From NCBI GenBank assembly GCA_021813435.1, contig JAKAKR010000006.1, positions 3,268 to 67,267 on the forward strand: a stretch of DNA of 64,000 nucleotides, in the 5' to 3' direction. Position numbers and translations under genes: made by a program. The notes below the pieces were generated by a model that did no database searches, had not been told where the DNA came from, and saw nothing but the letters and a program-made list of their open reading frames with translations. Below are positions 46,610-57,117 of this stretch, one piece after another (the stretch's first letter is position 1; every line of letters begins with the position of its first letter). This stretch comes from Nanobdellota archaeon. Its GTDB lineage: Archaea > Nanobdellota > Nanobdellia > Woesearchaeales > UBA9642.

Positions 46610-47438
46610 ATTCGTCATAATTAAACCAAAAGATGTACAAAAAATAAACTGTCCATTGTGTGGTTCGAATAAACACAAAATGGTAAGAACAAATCATAAT
46701 TTACGCATTGTCAAATGCTCCTGTGGATTATGTTTCGTGAATCCTCAACCGACAAAAAAATTTCTCTTCAAATGGTATAATGAATCTTTCTATTATAATC
46801 CTACTAGTGAAGAAAATATTACTAGAAATAATAGAGGTAACGAGGTACATAAAGAAGTAGTTAAAATTATAACTAGCTTTAAGAGAGGGGGGAAAATACT
46901 GGATATAGGATGCGGACCGGGAGCATTATTAACATATTTTGATAAGAAAAGATATTCTCTTGCAGGTACAGAATATTCTGATTTAGAAATAAGTAAAGCA
47001 AAAAAGATAACGCGAGATATTTTCAAGGGAGATTATCTAGAAATAACCTTACACAAAAAATTTGACATCATTACGATGGTGGAAGTTTTAGAGCATACAC
47101 AGAAACCGTTAGACTACTTAAAAAAGATATATACTAATCTAAATGTCGACGGTTTAGCTGTTATTACTGTTCCTAATAATGATTGGATGCTTATGAAAGG
47201 GTATATGAATGATCTTACCACCATGCACTTATTCTATTTTAATAAAAAGACCATGACTGAATCATTGAGAAAGATAGGATTTAGAGACATACGCTTTCAT
47301 ATTAATGTGAAAGCTAATTATTATGAGAATTGGTATAAGACCTTAGTAATACAAGTCAATCAATTATTTTCGTTCATATTATTTAGATTAACCGGGTTAT
47401 ATAAAGGGAGCGGTATAATTGTTTCCGCCAGGAAGTAA
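46593..47438 (+). CDS. SAM-dependent methyltransferase with N-terminal Cys4 zinc ribbon (sugar C/O-methyltransferase-like, TcaB9/TylCIII-type architecture)
   Basis: CPLCGSN...CSCGLCF zinc ribbon. ILDIGCGPGALL SAM motif. Confidence 0.7.
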   Translation: MRKMSEFVIIKPKDVQKINCPLCGSNKHKMVRTNHNLRIVKCSCGLCFVNPQPTKKFLFKWYNESFYYNPTSEENITRNNRGNEVHKEVVKIITSFKRGGKILDIGCGPGALLTYFDKKRYSLAGTEYSDLEISKAKKITRDIFKGDYLEITLHKKFDIITMVEVLEHTQKPLDYLKKIYTNLNVDGLAVITVPNNDWMLMKGYMNDLTTMHLFYFNKKTMTESLRKIGFRDIRFHINVKANYYENWYKTLVIQVNQLFSFILFRLTGLYKGSGIIVSARK

Positions 47439-47483
47439 TACCAAAATAACCGAAGACACCATGTACAGAAGCCAATATCTGTT

Positions 47484-48686
47484 TTGAGTTATACTATGAA
47501 AATTGCGTCATTTGCATTCAGATCATATCCTGCTAAAGGAGGGATAGAATATCACCAGAAATTGATTAGCGATTATTTTACGAAGAAAGGTGATACTGTA
47601 ACAGTGTATACATCGCGTATCAACTCAAATAATGAATTTTTAACTATTGACTTCAAATTTCCGTTTGTACACTTACCAAAAAATAAAAGTGGACTAAAGT
47701 ACGCCGAGACTTTAGCTGGCGTTACTTATAAGAGATTCGATATACGATGCAGAGTATATAGCTACAATAATATGAAAAATCTATATAGAACTTTCGCGGA
47801 TGATATACAAAACTATAACATTGTGCACCTGCACGGATTAAATTTATATAACAATTATAGATTGGCTAGAATTGCTTACGACAGTAAAATTCCAGTGATA
47901 CTGTCTTGCTATGATATATCTATACCTGATAATCTTCCATTTCTCACAAAAGTTCTTAAAAGAATTTATGACAAACTATTTATCAAAAAATTGGATAGAT
48001 ATGTCACAAAGTTCTTGTTATTAACAAAAGACCAAATAACAGAGTTAAAAGATTTAGGTATAAATGCGAAAAAAATATGTGTATGGTCAGCAGGGTATGA
48101 TGTGACGCGCTATCGTCATAAGATTGTTCCAACAAACGTGTTGAAAAAATATGGTTTAGTAGGTCGGAAGTATGTTTTTAATATGGGGAGAATTGAAGAG
48201 TACAAAGGGATACAGGATATTGTGGCCATAGCTAAAGATTTTCCTAAATTACAATTCGTAGTCGCTGGGAGGGATCAAGGATACTTAGAAACTTTGCGTA
48301 AACTTGTCCTAGAGACGCATACTGAAAATGTACAATTTATAGGGGAAATAGACGAGAAAGAGGCAACAGTCCTACTACAACACGCCTTTGTTTTTGTATT
48401 TCCATCAAAAAAAGAAGGATGGGGTATAGTACTTGCCGAAGCAATGTCTGTTGGTGTTCCCTGTATCGCATACAACATACCGAATGTGAGAACCGTATTC
48501 ACGAATGGAAAATCAGGATTTTATGTTAATACCTTTGTAGAAATGAAACTTGCATTGAAAAAAATCATTGATAACCGAGGACTTCGTGCGCGTATGTCGA
48601 AATATTCGTTTAAGGATGCAGAAAGGTATGATTATCATAACACATTACCTGTATTGGAAACGATATATAAAGAAAACTTACAATGA
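47484..48686 (+). CDS. GT4 (GT-B) glycosyltransferase
   Basis: C-terminal EGWGIVLAEAMSVGVPCIA motif. Confidence 0.8.
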   Translation: MSYTMKIASFAFRSYPAKGGIEYHQKLISDYFTKKGDTVTVYTSRINSNNEFLTIDFKFPFVHLPKNKSGLKYAETLAGVTYKRFDIRCRVYSYNNMKNLYRTFADDIQNYNIVHLHGLNLYNNYRLARIAYDSKIPVILSCYDISIPDNLPFLTKVLKRIYDKLFIKKLDRYVTKFLLLTKDQITELKDLGINAKKICVWSAGYDVTRYRHKIVPTNVLKKYGLVGRKYVFNMGRIEEYKGIQDIVAIAKDFPKLQFVVAGRDQGYLETLRKLVLETHTENVQFIGEIDEKEATVLLQHAFVFVFPSKKEGWGIVLAEAMSVGVPCIAYNIPNVRTVFTNGKSGFYVNTFVEMKLALKKIIDNRGLRARMSKYSFKDAERYDYHNTLPVLETIYKENLQ

Positions 48687-49714
48687 GAAAACATAACTCG
48701 ATAGCGTTAATATATCAACATGACTGTCATCCAGTTATAAAAACGTTTGCGAGTTCTATAACGGAAAGATCGTATAGTATCAAAAAATTACCGCTACATG
48801 TTATTAGTGGAATAGTATACTCATTATATTTAGCAATAACAGTACCTAAATACGAGATATATTTCACTGATTCAGCAATGTCTAATTTTGTTCCAATATT
48901 CAAGAGATGGCTTGGCGAGAAGAATATTATTATCTATCGCGGTGGGGACGGAATATTCGGAGAGAAAAGTAATGCTTATCTCTACACTAAAAATATTCTC
49001 AAGAAAAAGATTTTATTATATATTTTAAAAAATGTTGATGGTATAATAACCGAATCCGCAATGTCAAAACATGATGCGCAACAGTGGGTCAATTGCCCTA
49101 TTGAACTAGGAGTATCTTATATTAACAATATACGATCATTATCAAGAATCAAACCCGATCTTACTACGACGAGATTTCTATTTATTGGAGATTATCGACT
49201 ACCGTATGATCATAAAGGTATTGAAATACTGATAGCTACATTTGGCGTACTGCCTAGAGAATACGAACTCTATATTATAGGTAAAAATACAGAACATTTA
49301 AAAAACATGAAGAAAACTAATAATATCCATATCGAAGGATGGGTAACAGATCTAGACGACTACTTCAAAAAGTGTACTTACTATATTCATGCGGCAAAAT
49401 ATGAGACAGGACCGATAACAGTATTGGAGGCAATGAGTGCGGGGTTAATCCCAATAATTAGCAAAAATTGTGGACATAAAGACGTAGTAGCGAAAATAAG
49501 TCCAAATTTGGTATTAAACTCATCTGATCCGAAAAAAATTGCCAAACAGGTACTCATCATAAACCATATACGTCATCAATTAAAATTAGAATATTCGCAA
49601 AAAGCAAAAAAAATAGTAAATTTTGATTACTCAAAAGAGAAAAAAACTCGCGTATTCAAAAGAAACTTTAACCGGCTAATACAAGAAATCCAACATTCCG
49701 AGAACGTAAAATGA
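48683..49714 (+). CDS. GT4-like (GT-B) glycosyltransferase
   Basis: ETGPITVLEAMSAGLIPII motif. ATGA overlap with the upstream GT4 gene. Confidence 0.7.
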   Translation: MRKHNSIALIYQHDCHPVIKTFASSITERSYSIKKLPLHVISGIVYSLYLAITVPKYEIYFTDSAMSNFVPIFKRWLGEKNIIIYRGGDGIFGEKSNAYLYTKNILKKKILLYILKNVDGIITESAMSKHDAQQWVNCPIELGVSYINNIRSLSRIKPDLTTTRFLFIGDYRLPYDHKGIEILIATFGVLPREYELYIIGKNTEHLKNMKKTNNIHIEGWVTDLDDYFKKCTYYIHAAKYETGPITVLEAMSAGLIPIISKNCGHKDVVAKISPNLVLNSSDPKKIAKQVLIINHIRHQLKLEYSQKAKKIVNFDYSKEKKTRVFKRNFNRLIQEIQHSENVK

Positions 49715-50565
49715 ATCACTGTATAATTTGCGGATCGAATAACTATGTTAGAATTAATACTACGACTGCATTTGGGGCGCCTTTAGACAATGTGAAATGT
49801 GTTGATTGCGGATTATGTTATCTGCATGGGCATCCCTCAACACTAAAGAGAATTATGGATAAACATTATACGGCGGAGTTTTATAACAAGTATTCTGAGA
49901 ATCGCAGTGCATCAGCATGGTACAATCTCTATGTATGGTTTATAGAAAAAACCGGCCTCAAATATGCTACGGCGATGAGTCAGTATGCTTTTCTCAAACC
50001 ATTCTTGAAAAATCAGAATACGGTTTTAGATGTGGGATGTGGGTTAGGTCAAGCATTACATGTTCTTGAAACCAAAGGGTTTGCAGTCACAGGTTTAGAG
50101 TTAGACAAAACAGTGATAAAAGATATTAATTCTAAACTCATAAAAGGAAAATGTTTGTATGCTACACTGGAGGATTTCTCTGAGAAATCTCGAAAAAAAT
50201 ACGACATCATATTCGTGAGTCATACGTTTGAACATTTTATTGATCCGACAGAAGCATTAGCCGATTTCTCTAGATTAATGCACACAAATAGTTTGTTATT
50301 CATCGAAGTTCCCAATCGCGACAATAAAGCCATTATGCATCGTAGCATAACGGAATCAGCGCATACGTTCCATTTCAGCAGAAAAACTATCAAAAAGATC
50401 CTCAATAAAAACGGTTTTGAGATAATAAAGATGAGCACTTGCTCAAATAAATTTTCTTATGAACCGAAACTGTGGACGTACACAAAATATTTGCTCGGTT
50501 CGGACATTTCAGTCTATGGACGCAACGAGGGTTATTTACGATTAGTAGCTCAGATTAAAAAATGA
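49711..50565 (+). CDS. SAM-dependent methyltransferase with N-terminal Cys4 zinc ribbon (paralog)
   Basis: CIICGSN...CVDCGLCY. VLDVGCGLGQAL. ATGA overlap upstream. Confidence 0.7.
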   Translation: MNHCIICGSNNYVRINTTTAFGAPLDNVKCVDCGLCYLHGHPSTLKRIMDKHYTAEFYNKYSENRSASAWYNLYVWFIEKTGLKYATAMSQYAFLKPFLKNQNTVLDVGCGLGQALHVLETKGFAVTGLELDKTVIKDINSKLIKGKCLYATLEDFSEKSRKKYDIIFVSHTFEHFIDPTEALADFSRLMHTNSLLFIEVPNRDNKAIMHRSITESAHTFHFSRKTIKKILNKNGFEIIKMSTCSNKFSYEPKLWTYTKYLLGSDISVYGRNEGYLRLVAQIKK

Positions 50566-50569
50566 GAAA

Positions 50570-51319
50570 GTGATTTTTATGAAATCAAAAATATCTGCAT
50601 TCATTATAACAAAAAACGAAGAACGCAATATTAGAAGAGCCCTTGAAAGTATTAAGTGGGCAGATGAAATAGTGATAGTTGATGGCTATAGTACTGATAA
50701 GACCTGCGAAATTGCTAGGGAATATGGCGCGCATATTATTTTGAGTAAATATGCGGGTCATGGTGAAGAAAAAAATAAGGCTATAAGAGCATGTAAATAT
50801 GATTGGATTGTAGAAATAGATGCAGACGAAGAACTAACAAAAGACTGCGAGTTTGAAATTAGAACCGCTATAGAAAATAATACTTATTCGGGTTATAAAT
50901 TAATTCGCGAAGAGAAATTTCTGGGAAGAGTGATTATTAGAGCTCCAAAAATACGCGTGTACAGAAACAAATTCTTGTACAAAGGATATACCCATGAAGT
51001 ATTGCAAGCAACTGGAAGAATTGGAAGATTAAAAACCATAATTAACCATTATAATAATCAAACCATAGATGAGTTTATAGAGTATAATGAGGTTCAATCA
51101 ACTCAAGAAGTAGACAAGATGATTAAAGAACATAAGCACTTTTCAAGATTAGGGATAGTCTTAAGAATAATTTATGGGAATGTATACACTTTCGCGATGT
51201 ATTATTTTTATTTCGGGCTTATTTTTAAAGGATTTCCCGGGTTTGCGTATACAATACTAGGATGTAACCACGTCAATATTATCTATGTGAAATACTATGA
51301 ACGGAAATATAAAACCTAA
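50570..51319 (+). CDS. GT2 glycosyltransferase
   Basis: ISAFIITKNEERNI...IVDGYSTDKT...EIDADE motifs. Confidence 0.8.
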   Translation: MIFMKSKISAFIITKNEERNIRRALESIKWADEIVIVDGYSTDKTCEIAREYGAHIILSKYAGHGEEKNKAIRACKYDWIVEIDADEELTKDCEFEIRTAIENNTYSGYKLIREEKFLGRVIIRAPKIRVYRNKFLYKGYTHEVLQATGRIGRLKTIINHYNNQTIDEFIEYNEVQSTQEVDKMIKEHKHFSRLGIVLRIIYGNVYTFAMYYFYFGLIFKGFPGFAYTILGCNHVNIIYVKYYERKYKT

Positions 51320-51483
51320 TCACGAATTTATTGATCCCATTATGAAACGACGATTTGGTTATATAGAAAAAATAACGTGCGCTTTAGAGATGATAAGTTT
51401 CCTTCGGCGTGTAGGGAGTGTACTTTGTATAGATCGCAATATTAATAAATGTATTAACGAAGATAGATAATCACGGGTCAGAA

Positions 51484-52479
51484 ATGAGATTACTTTTTAT
51501 AAATTGTGTTTCAGAAAGTGATTTTACATATAGTATGCCTCTAGCGGTAAGTTATCTCACCGGCTACCTTAAGGGAAAATTTAAAGAAAAAATTAGTGTA
51601 AAGGCTGTTTCTATAAGCAGTACAAATAAAATAATACACATCGTTAAATTGTTCAAGCCAGATGTACTTTGTCTCTCTACTACAACCCCTGGTTATGATA
51701 TGGCTAAAATTATCGCTCGGCAAGTAAAGAAAATAGATAAACGCATAACTATCGTTGCTGGGGGGGCGCATATCACGCTATTTAATAGTTCAATAATACC
51801 CGAAATAGACTATGCAATTAGCGGAGAGGGTGAAAAAGCGTTCTATGAACTGTTAACATATTTATACCCTGAGAAGACCAAAGATACACGAATCATTTCT
51901 GCGAAAGATATTGCGGGATTAATATATTGGGACAAAAAAGAATTAAGAATAAACCCCCGTGGAGAGTTTATAAAGAATCTTGACGAAATAGGACATCCCG
52001 ATAGGCGATTATTAAATCCTACCAATAATATTGTTTTTACAAGCAGGGGTTGTCCATTCAACTGTATATATTGTTCATCGCCGGTGATTTGGAAAAGAAC
52101 ATTCAGAATGCATTCAGCAGAATATGTTTTTGAAGAAATCAAGACGTTATATCATCAAAAACATAGTGTTCAATGGTTTGGGGATGACTTATTTACCTGC
52201 AATAAAAATCGGTTAAGAAAAATTATTGAATTGATGAAACAAAATAACTTATTGGGAAAAGTGAGCTTTATGGCACTAGGGAGAAGCGAAACATTTGATG
52301 ATGAGATGGCAAAACTTCTAAAGGAATTAAACGTTTTAGAGCTGGCTTTTGGCTTTGAAGTGGGTGATGATAAAGTCCTTAAACGAGTTAAAAATAGTCA
52401 GTTTATATCGGTGGAAAAGAATAAAACTGCAGCAGAAATTTGTAGAAAACATGGGATATTGGCAACAGGGGGATTATGA
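51484..52479 (+). CDS. B12-binding radical SAM protein, N-terminal part (B12-binding domain plus CxxxCxxC core)
   Basis: Cobalamin-binding-like N-domain. SRGCPFNCIYCSS radical SAM motif. Ends ...ILATGGL with a stop that overlaps the next ORF start (ttATGAtt). Confidence 0.7.
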   Translation: MRLLFINCVSESDFTYSMPLAVSYLTGYLKGKFKEKISVKAVSISSTNKIIHIVKLFKPDVLCLSTTTPGYDMAKIIARQVKKIDKRITIVAGGAHITLFNSSIIPEIDYAISGEGEKAFYELLTYLYPEKTKDTRIISAKDIAGLIYWDKKELRINPRGEFIKNLDEIGHPDRRLLNPTNNIVFTSRGCPFNCIYCSSPVIWKRTFRMHSAEYVFEEIKTLYHQKHSVQWFGDDLFTCNKNRLRKIIELMKQNNLLGKVSFMALGRSETFDDEMAKLLKELNVLELAFGFEVGDDKVLKRVKNSQFISVEKNKTAAEICRKHGILATGGL

Positions 52480-52916
52480 TTGGGTTTCCTGAAGAAGGAC
52501 ATACGGAGATTATGAAAACCTACGAATTTTTCCAGAAGCATAGTGATGTTGTCCACCGTCCAAATGTTGTTATGGTGTTTCCTGGAACAGCGCTGCAGCA
52601 GGAATTACTCCAAAGCACGGGGAAAGATTATGCAAAGATCCATATGGAAAAAATACGATTAAGTTTCGGCGGAGAAATGCCGGTAACTGAAGAAACAAAT
52701 ATATCAGAAAAGTTAACGCCAGAGGAAATTAGAAGATATCGAGAGATGTTTTATAGAGCAGGAATAATAAAAAATAAAATACATTATTTAAAACTATTTT
52801 CTAAATTGCTCTTTTCAAAAGGTGTTTTTTTAAACATGTATTATCTGTATCACGTTTTCATAACTAGTACAACTAACCCGCGCAGGGAATATATTAGCCC
52901 CACAATTGTAGTATAA
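52476..52916 (+). CDS. Radical SAM protein C-terminal part (continuation of 51484..52479 in a different frame)
   Basis: Begins MIGFPEEGHTE, matching the G(L/I)I.GfPgET motif expected immediately after ...ATGGL in B12-radical SAM enzymes. Confidence 0.55.
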   Translation: MIGFPEEGHTEIMKTYEFFQKHSDVVHRPNVVMVFPGTALQQELLQSTGKDYAKIHMEKIRLSFGGEMPVTEETNISEKLTPEEIRRYREMFYRAGIIKNKIHYLKLFSKLLFSKGVFLNMYYLYHVFITSTTNPRREYISPTIVV

Positions 52917-52980
52917 CCTATATAAAATCTGTGTAATCAAATACTGCTATTTTTTTACTAACTCAAAACGATAGGAGGAT

Positions 52981-53628
52981 ATGCCTATGAATCTATTAGA
53001 AAAACAAGCAAAATTGTCTAGAGGAAAAAAAATACTTGACGTAGGATTTGCTCAGGAACCCAATGCGTATCTTAAGGGAGAAATTATCGGGATAGATATT
53101 CAGAAAGTAAAAAAACCAAAAAATTATTCAAAAGTGTCAGTTGTCAACCTCAATTCTGAAAAAATACCTTTTAAAAATAATTATTTTGATAGCGTCATAT
53201 TAGGGAGTTGTATTGAACACGTTGAAAACCCTAGCTTTTTATTAAGAGAAACAAATAGGGTTCTAAAAAATGGTGGGAGATTAGTTTTGACTGTGCCGCA
53301 AGCTAATGATTGGTGGACTACAGTACATAATTGGATACTACCTTTTGTGAAAGATCAAGATGAAGGAGAGCATCTAAGCAATTGGGGGAAATTAGATATG
53401 ATCCGGTTAATAAAGAGAAATGGTTTTGTTGTTAATAAAGTACACGGCACGCATATTATGATTCCGTTAACTTCGATAGAAATACCCGTAGGACCATTTC
53501 ATATGCTCGGGTGGGTGTTGATATTCGAATGCGAAAAGACCGGAGTACCTGTTAATTATGTGCTAACTCGAGAGCAGAAATCGTCTAAGTTTCTTAAATT
53601 GAGAACTAATAATCGAAGAAATACTTAA
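52981..53628 (+). CDS. Class I SAM-dependent methyltransferase
   Basis: KILDVGFAQEP plus FDSVILGSCIEHV and LKNGGRLVLTVP motifs (Methyltransf_11-like). Confidence 0.7.
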   Translation: MPMNLLEKQAKLSRGKKILDVGFAQEPNAYLKGEIIGIDIQKVKKPKNYSKVSVVNLNSEKIPFKNNYFDSVILGSCIEHVENPSFLLRETNRVLKNGGRLVLTVPQANDWWTTVHNWILPFVKDQDEGEHLSNWGKLDMIRLIKRNGFVVNKVHGTHIMIPLTSIEIPVGPFHMLGWVLIFECEKTGVPVNYVLTREQKSSKFLKLRTNNRRNT

Positions 53629-53886
53629 ACATGAATTTCTCTTTTTGAGGAAGATAGACCTATTTCTGACTTTACAGATGAGAATTTCATGGTCTGTTCT
53701 TTTCGAGAGTGTTGTTTGCTGCGTCTTCATCTGATTATTAGATTTCTCGATATAGGGTCGTACTGTTTCTGCGTTAATACTTCCTATGCTTTGATACCTC
53801 ATTCCCCTATTTCTCATTCATCGAGAAACAATTAACTATATAAATGCGATTCAAACCATCATTATAACTTATACTATTGGTGTGAT

Positions 53887-54582
53887 ATGCGCAAGGAATC
53901 TACAGCCTACATTTCTCAGGATCAGATTTATGACCGATGGAAGTTCGGAAATTTCTCACGGATCAAACTAAAAAAAATACGCCCGCTTCTCCTCAAGAGA
54001 AAAAACTTACTTGATGTTGGATGCGGGGATGGTTCGTTTTATGAGGGAATTAAGGATATTCCATTAAAATATACGGGTATAGATATTTCTGGAGTTCAAG
54101 TCAATGTTGCACGCAAGAAAGGATTGACTGCTGTTAAACATGATCTGACTACTCCTTGGCCGTTCAAGTCTAATGCATTTGATGTGATTATCGCTTCAGA
54201 AATAATCGAACACGTGTTTGATACTGATTTTTTTCTTCAAGAATGTAAACGTGTTCTAACGAAGAATGGAACACTTGTCATAACTACTCCGAACGTGTGT
54301 GCGTTGGGAGAGCGAATACGTTGCTTGTCAGGTCGACGTCCTTCTGTTATTGACTATAGAACTAATAACTCCACTTCAGGGCACATTAGAGCGTTTAGTA
54401 TTTATGATCTTAAACAGTTAATACGTGACAATGGATTGATTATGGAATCGTATACTGGTTCTGATTTTTTTCTACCCATCATCTCTTCTGATATGAGATT
54501 TTTTGGAAAAATAAATGAGTGGTTATGTTCAATCTTTCCTAAATTTTCTGCGGGATTTATTATCAAAATAAGAAAACGTTAA
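53887..54582 (+). CDS. Class I SAM-dependent methyltransferase
   Basis: LLDVGCGDGSF motif I. FDVIIASEIIEHV. TKNGTLVITTPN. Confidence 0.75.
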   Translation: MRKESTAYISQDQIYDRWKFGNFSRIKLKKIRPLLLKRKNLLDVGCGDGSFYEGIKDIPLKYTGIDISGVQVNVARKKGLTAVKHDLTTPWPFKSNAFDVIIASEIIEHVFDTDFFLQECKRVLTKNGTLVITTPNVCALGERIRCLSGRRPSVIDYRTNNSTSGHIRAFSIYDLKQLIRDNGLIMESYTGSDFFLPIISSDMRFFGKINEWLCSIFPKFSAGFIIKIRKR

Positions 54583-54719
54583 CAAGTTCTGACGACTGTT
54601 CAGACAATAACATAAAGAGTGTATTGCGACAGGCGTTTCCGTACACTTTTCAACTTCCGGTTTAAGCAGAGGATTTATGCTTAAAAACATTCTCTACAAT
54701 CCGCCATGGTGCATCATGT

Positions 54720-56216
54720 TTATGATTTTCGCGCAATTTTTTTTACAAAAAGCACGTCTTCTTTGGTGACTACTCCGGTAATAAACAATGTTAGTATATA
54801 TAATGCTCCGGCTATGAGAATACATAACGCAGCTTCGATCAAGTAATTTGCGGTGATGACCCGTTTACAAAAGTATATTGTAATGATAAAGACTGTCGTC
54901 GCAAATATTGTTTTAAACAAAGTGCGATATTCAACATCAATCGCTATTTTTTTCCCGAGATGATACCGTAACATCGCAAACATAATGATGCTTGCTATTA
55001 GCGTTGAGATTGCTGCACCAGTAATGCGAAAAACGTGTATTAAGAAATAACATCCAATAACGTTGACGATTGCGCCAAAAACCACGATATACATGACTTT
55101 TTTAGCTTCACCAATAGATATAAGTGTGTACATTAAAATCGCGCTCATTGCTGAGATCATGAACGCAAATGATAATAGGATTAATGGGTTTGTTGCTGCA
55201 ACATATTGCGAAGAGAATAGTACTGTGATAACAAGATTCGAGAATAACGCTAGAATTAATGTTACTGGCAAAATGAATATGAGGATATATTTTTGGAATA
55301 ATACAAATAATGTCTCCATTTCACGCTTCTTTTTCTGCGCCCAAAGATTAGACATCCTAGATAATAACACCGCAGTTATGGGGGTTATTACTGTAACTAA
55401 AATTGACGCTAAGGGTACGGCCGCCTGGTATATCCCCGCTTCTTTCAATCCGAGGAGATAAGTGATCATTAACGTGTCTGTCTGGGCGAGTATTATAGAT
55501 GCAAAAGAACCAATAATAATATACACTCCATACGTGAATAATTCAGGGAATATCAGTCGAAATTTGAACCTGAATTTTAAAGGTATAAAAAATTTAATGT
55601 TGATAATAAAGAAAATCACACCAACAAGAATATTTGTTAAAGCATAACCAATACCTACCGCTATGATGTTGGGTGTAAATTGATATGCAATAATCGATAT
55701 CAGAAGGATGCCTATTATTTTTATGAGCTCTGCTATAGCCCACCACGTGGTCTTTTCGTATCCCAGCATATACGCGATAACAAAGTAACTTAATGGATAA
55801 GTTAATATCCAGAATATTAATACATAAAATAACAGTACATTGGTGTTATGGAAGAAATGTATATTGATATAATTGGAGAACAATATGAGTATGACTGCGA
55901 GCAACACCGCAAAAATCGTTTGTATGATAAATGCAGTATAGAACAAATTCTTTATCGATTGTTCATCTTTTCTGGCGCGGTATTCTGCTACTTTTTTGAT
56001 TACCGATTGGAACAGTCCGGCATCTACGATTATGATGACGAACGAGAAGAATGCGAGCATGGCATACAGCAACCCGTAATCTTCCACACTATAAGTTCTT
56101 GCGACGTAGATTCTTAAGACATATGCCAGCACTGCGGTTATGGCACTTATCACTAATACGACAGCGATATTCCTTATGGTTTTAGAGTGATCCATTTTTT
56201 TCATATGCACTACCAA
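54720..56216 (-). CDS. Wzx-type oligosaccharide flippase (MOP/polysaccharide biosynthesis protein family)
   Basis: About 12 TM helices. Typical PST-family N-terminus after MKKMDHSKTIRN. Confidence 0.75.
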   Translation of the reverse strand: MVVHMKKMDHSKTIRNIAVVLVISAITAVLAYVLRIYVARTYSVEDYGLLYAMLAFFSFVIIIVDAGLFQSVIKKVAEYRARKDEQSIKNLFYTAFIIQTIFAVLLAVILILFSNYINIHFFHNTNVLLFYVLIFWILTYPLSYFVIAYMLGYEKTTWWAIAELIKIIGILLISIIAYQFTPNIIAVGIGYALTNILVGVIFFIINIKFFIPLKFRFKFRLIFPELFTYGVYIIIGSFASIILAQTDTLMITYLLGLKEAGIYQAAVPLASILVTVITPITAVLLSRMSNLWAQKKKREMETLFVLFQKYILIFILPVTLILALFSNLVITVLFSSQYVAATNPLILLSFAFMISAMSAILMYTLISIGEAKKVMYIVVFGAIVNVIGCYFLIHVFRITGAAISTLIASIIMFAMLRYHLGKKIAIDVEYRTLFKTIFATTVFIITIYFCKRVITANYLIEAALCILIAGALYILTLFITGVVTKEDVLFVKKIARKS

Positions 56217-56220
56217 GATT

Positions 56221-57117
56221 TTACACTATCTTCCTGAATCTAAATCCGATAAGCATTCTTATCTTATCCGGATTGCATACTTGTTCTTCAATATCTGCTT
56301 TCCGATATTTCTTTTGATCTATCGCTACTTTTAAATGCTTTCCAGACTCTTTGATCAGACTATCAAGTATATCCCTGAGCCTGTATCCATTGCCACTTCC
56401 GACATTGTAGATTTCGCCGATAGTTCCTTTTTCCAGCAATATTCGATACGCCCGAACAGTATCTTGTACATCTGAAAAATCTCTGATGATGTCAATATTG
56501 CCTACGCGTATAATGTCCCCATCTTTAGCGTCTTGGACCTGTTTTCTGAATGAGGGGATGACAAATGTTTCTGACTGGTTCGGGCCCGTATGATTAAATG
56601 ATCGCGCAATGATGATGTTCAAGCCTTTTTCGCCATATTCTTTGCATACTTTTTCTTGTGCCACCCGGGATTCTCCGTAAGGGGATACGGGTTTTAACGG
56701 GTGAGACTCATCAATAGGGATATATTCTGGTTTACCATAAATCTCTGAGGAGGATACAATAAGAATTCTAGGTTTTATACCGCACACCATAATAGTGTTC
56801 AACAAGTTTTTAGTCCCTTCAACATTGACATTAAAACAGAGATCTGGATGTTCAAAACTTTTGACCACAGAACTAAAACCCGCAAGATGAAAAATATGCG
56901 TCGGCATAATTTTTCCGACAACAGTCGCTACTTGCGCAGCATTCGTGATATCACATTGAAAGATTTTTTTATCATCACCTGTGATATCTAACCCGTAGAC
57001 GATATACCCATTTGATTCCAACTCTTTACGCAGATACGGTCCCACAAAACCATTGATTCCGGTAATAAGTGCAATCATTTTAGACTTTTTGGATAGTGAC
57101 GATCTTTCCTGAACCAT
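56221..57117 (-). CDS. NAD(P)-dependent GDP-sugar reductase/epimerase paired with Gmd (Rmd-like GDP-4-keto-6-deoxy-D-mannose reductase, or fucose-synthase-like)
   Basis: [14 protein letters not shown] Rossmann motif. [10 protein letters not shown] catalytic YxxxK. Directly downstream of gmd. Exact specificity not determinable by eye. Confidence 0.65.
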   Translation of the reverse strand: MVQERSSLSKKSKMIALITGINGFVGPYLRKELESNGYIVYGLDITGDDKKIFQCDITNAAQVATVVGKIMPTHIFHLAGFSSVVKSFEHPDLCFNVNVEGTKNLLNTIMVCGIKPRILIVSSSEIYGKPEYIPIDESHPLKPVSPYGESRVAQEKVCKEYGEKGLNIIIARSFNHTGPNQSETFVIPSFRKQVQDAKDGDIIRVGNIDIIRDFSDVQDTVRAYRILLEKGTIGEIYNVGSGNGYRLRDILDSLIKESGKHLKVAIDQKKYRKADIEEQVCNPDKIRMLIGFRFRKIV

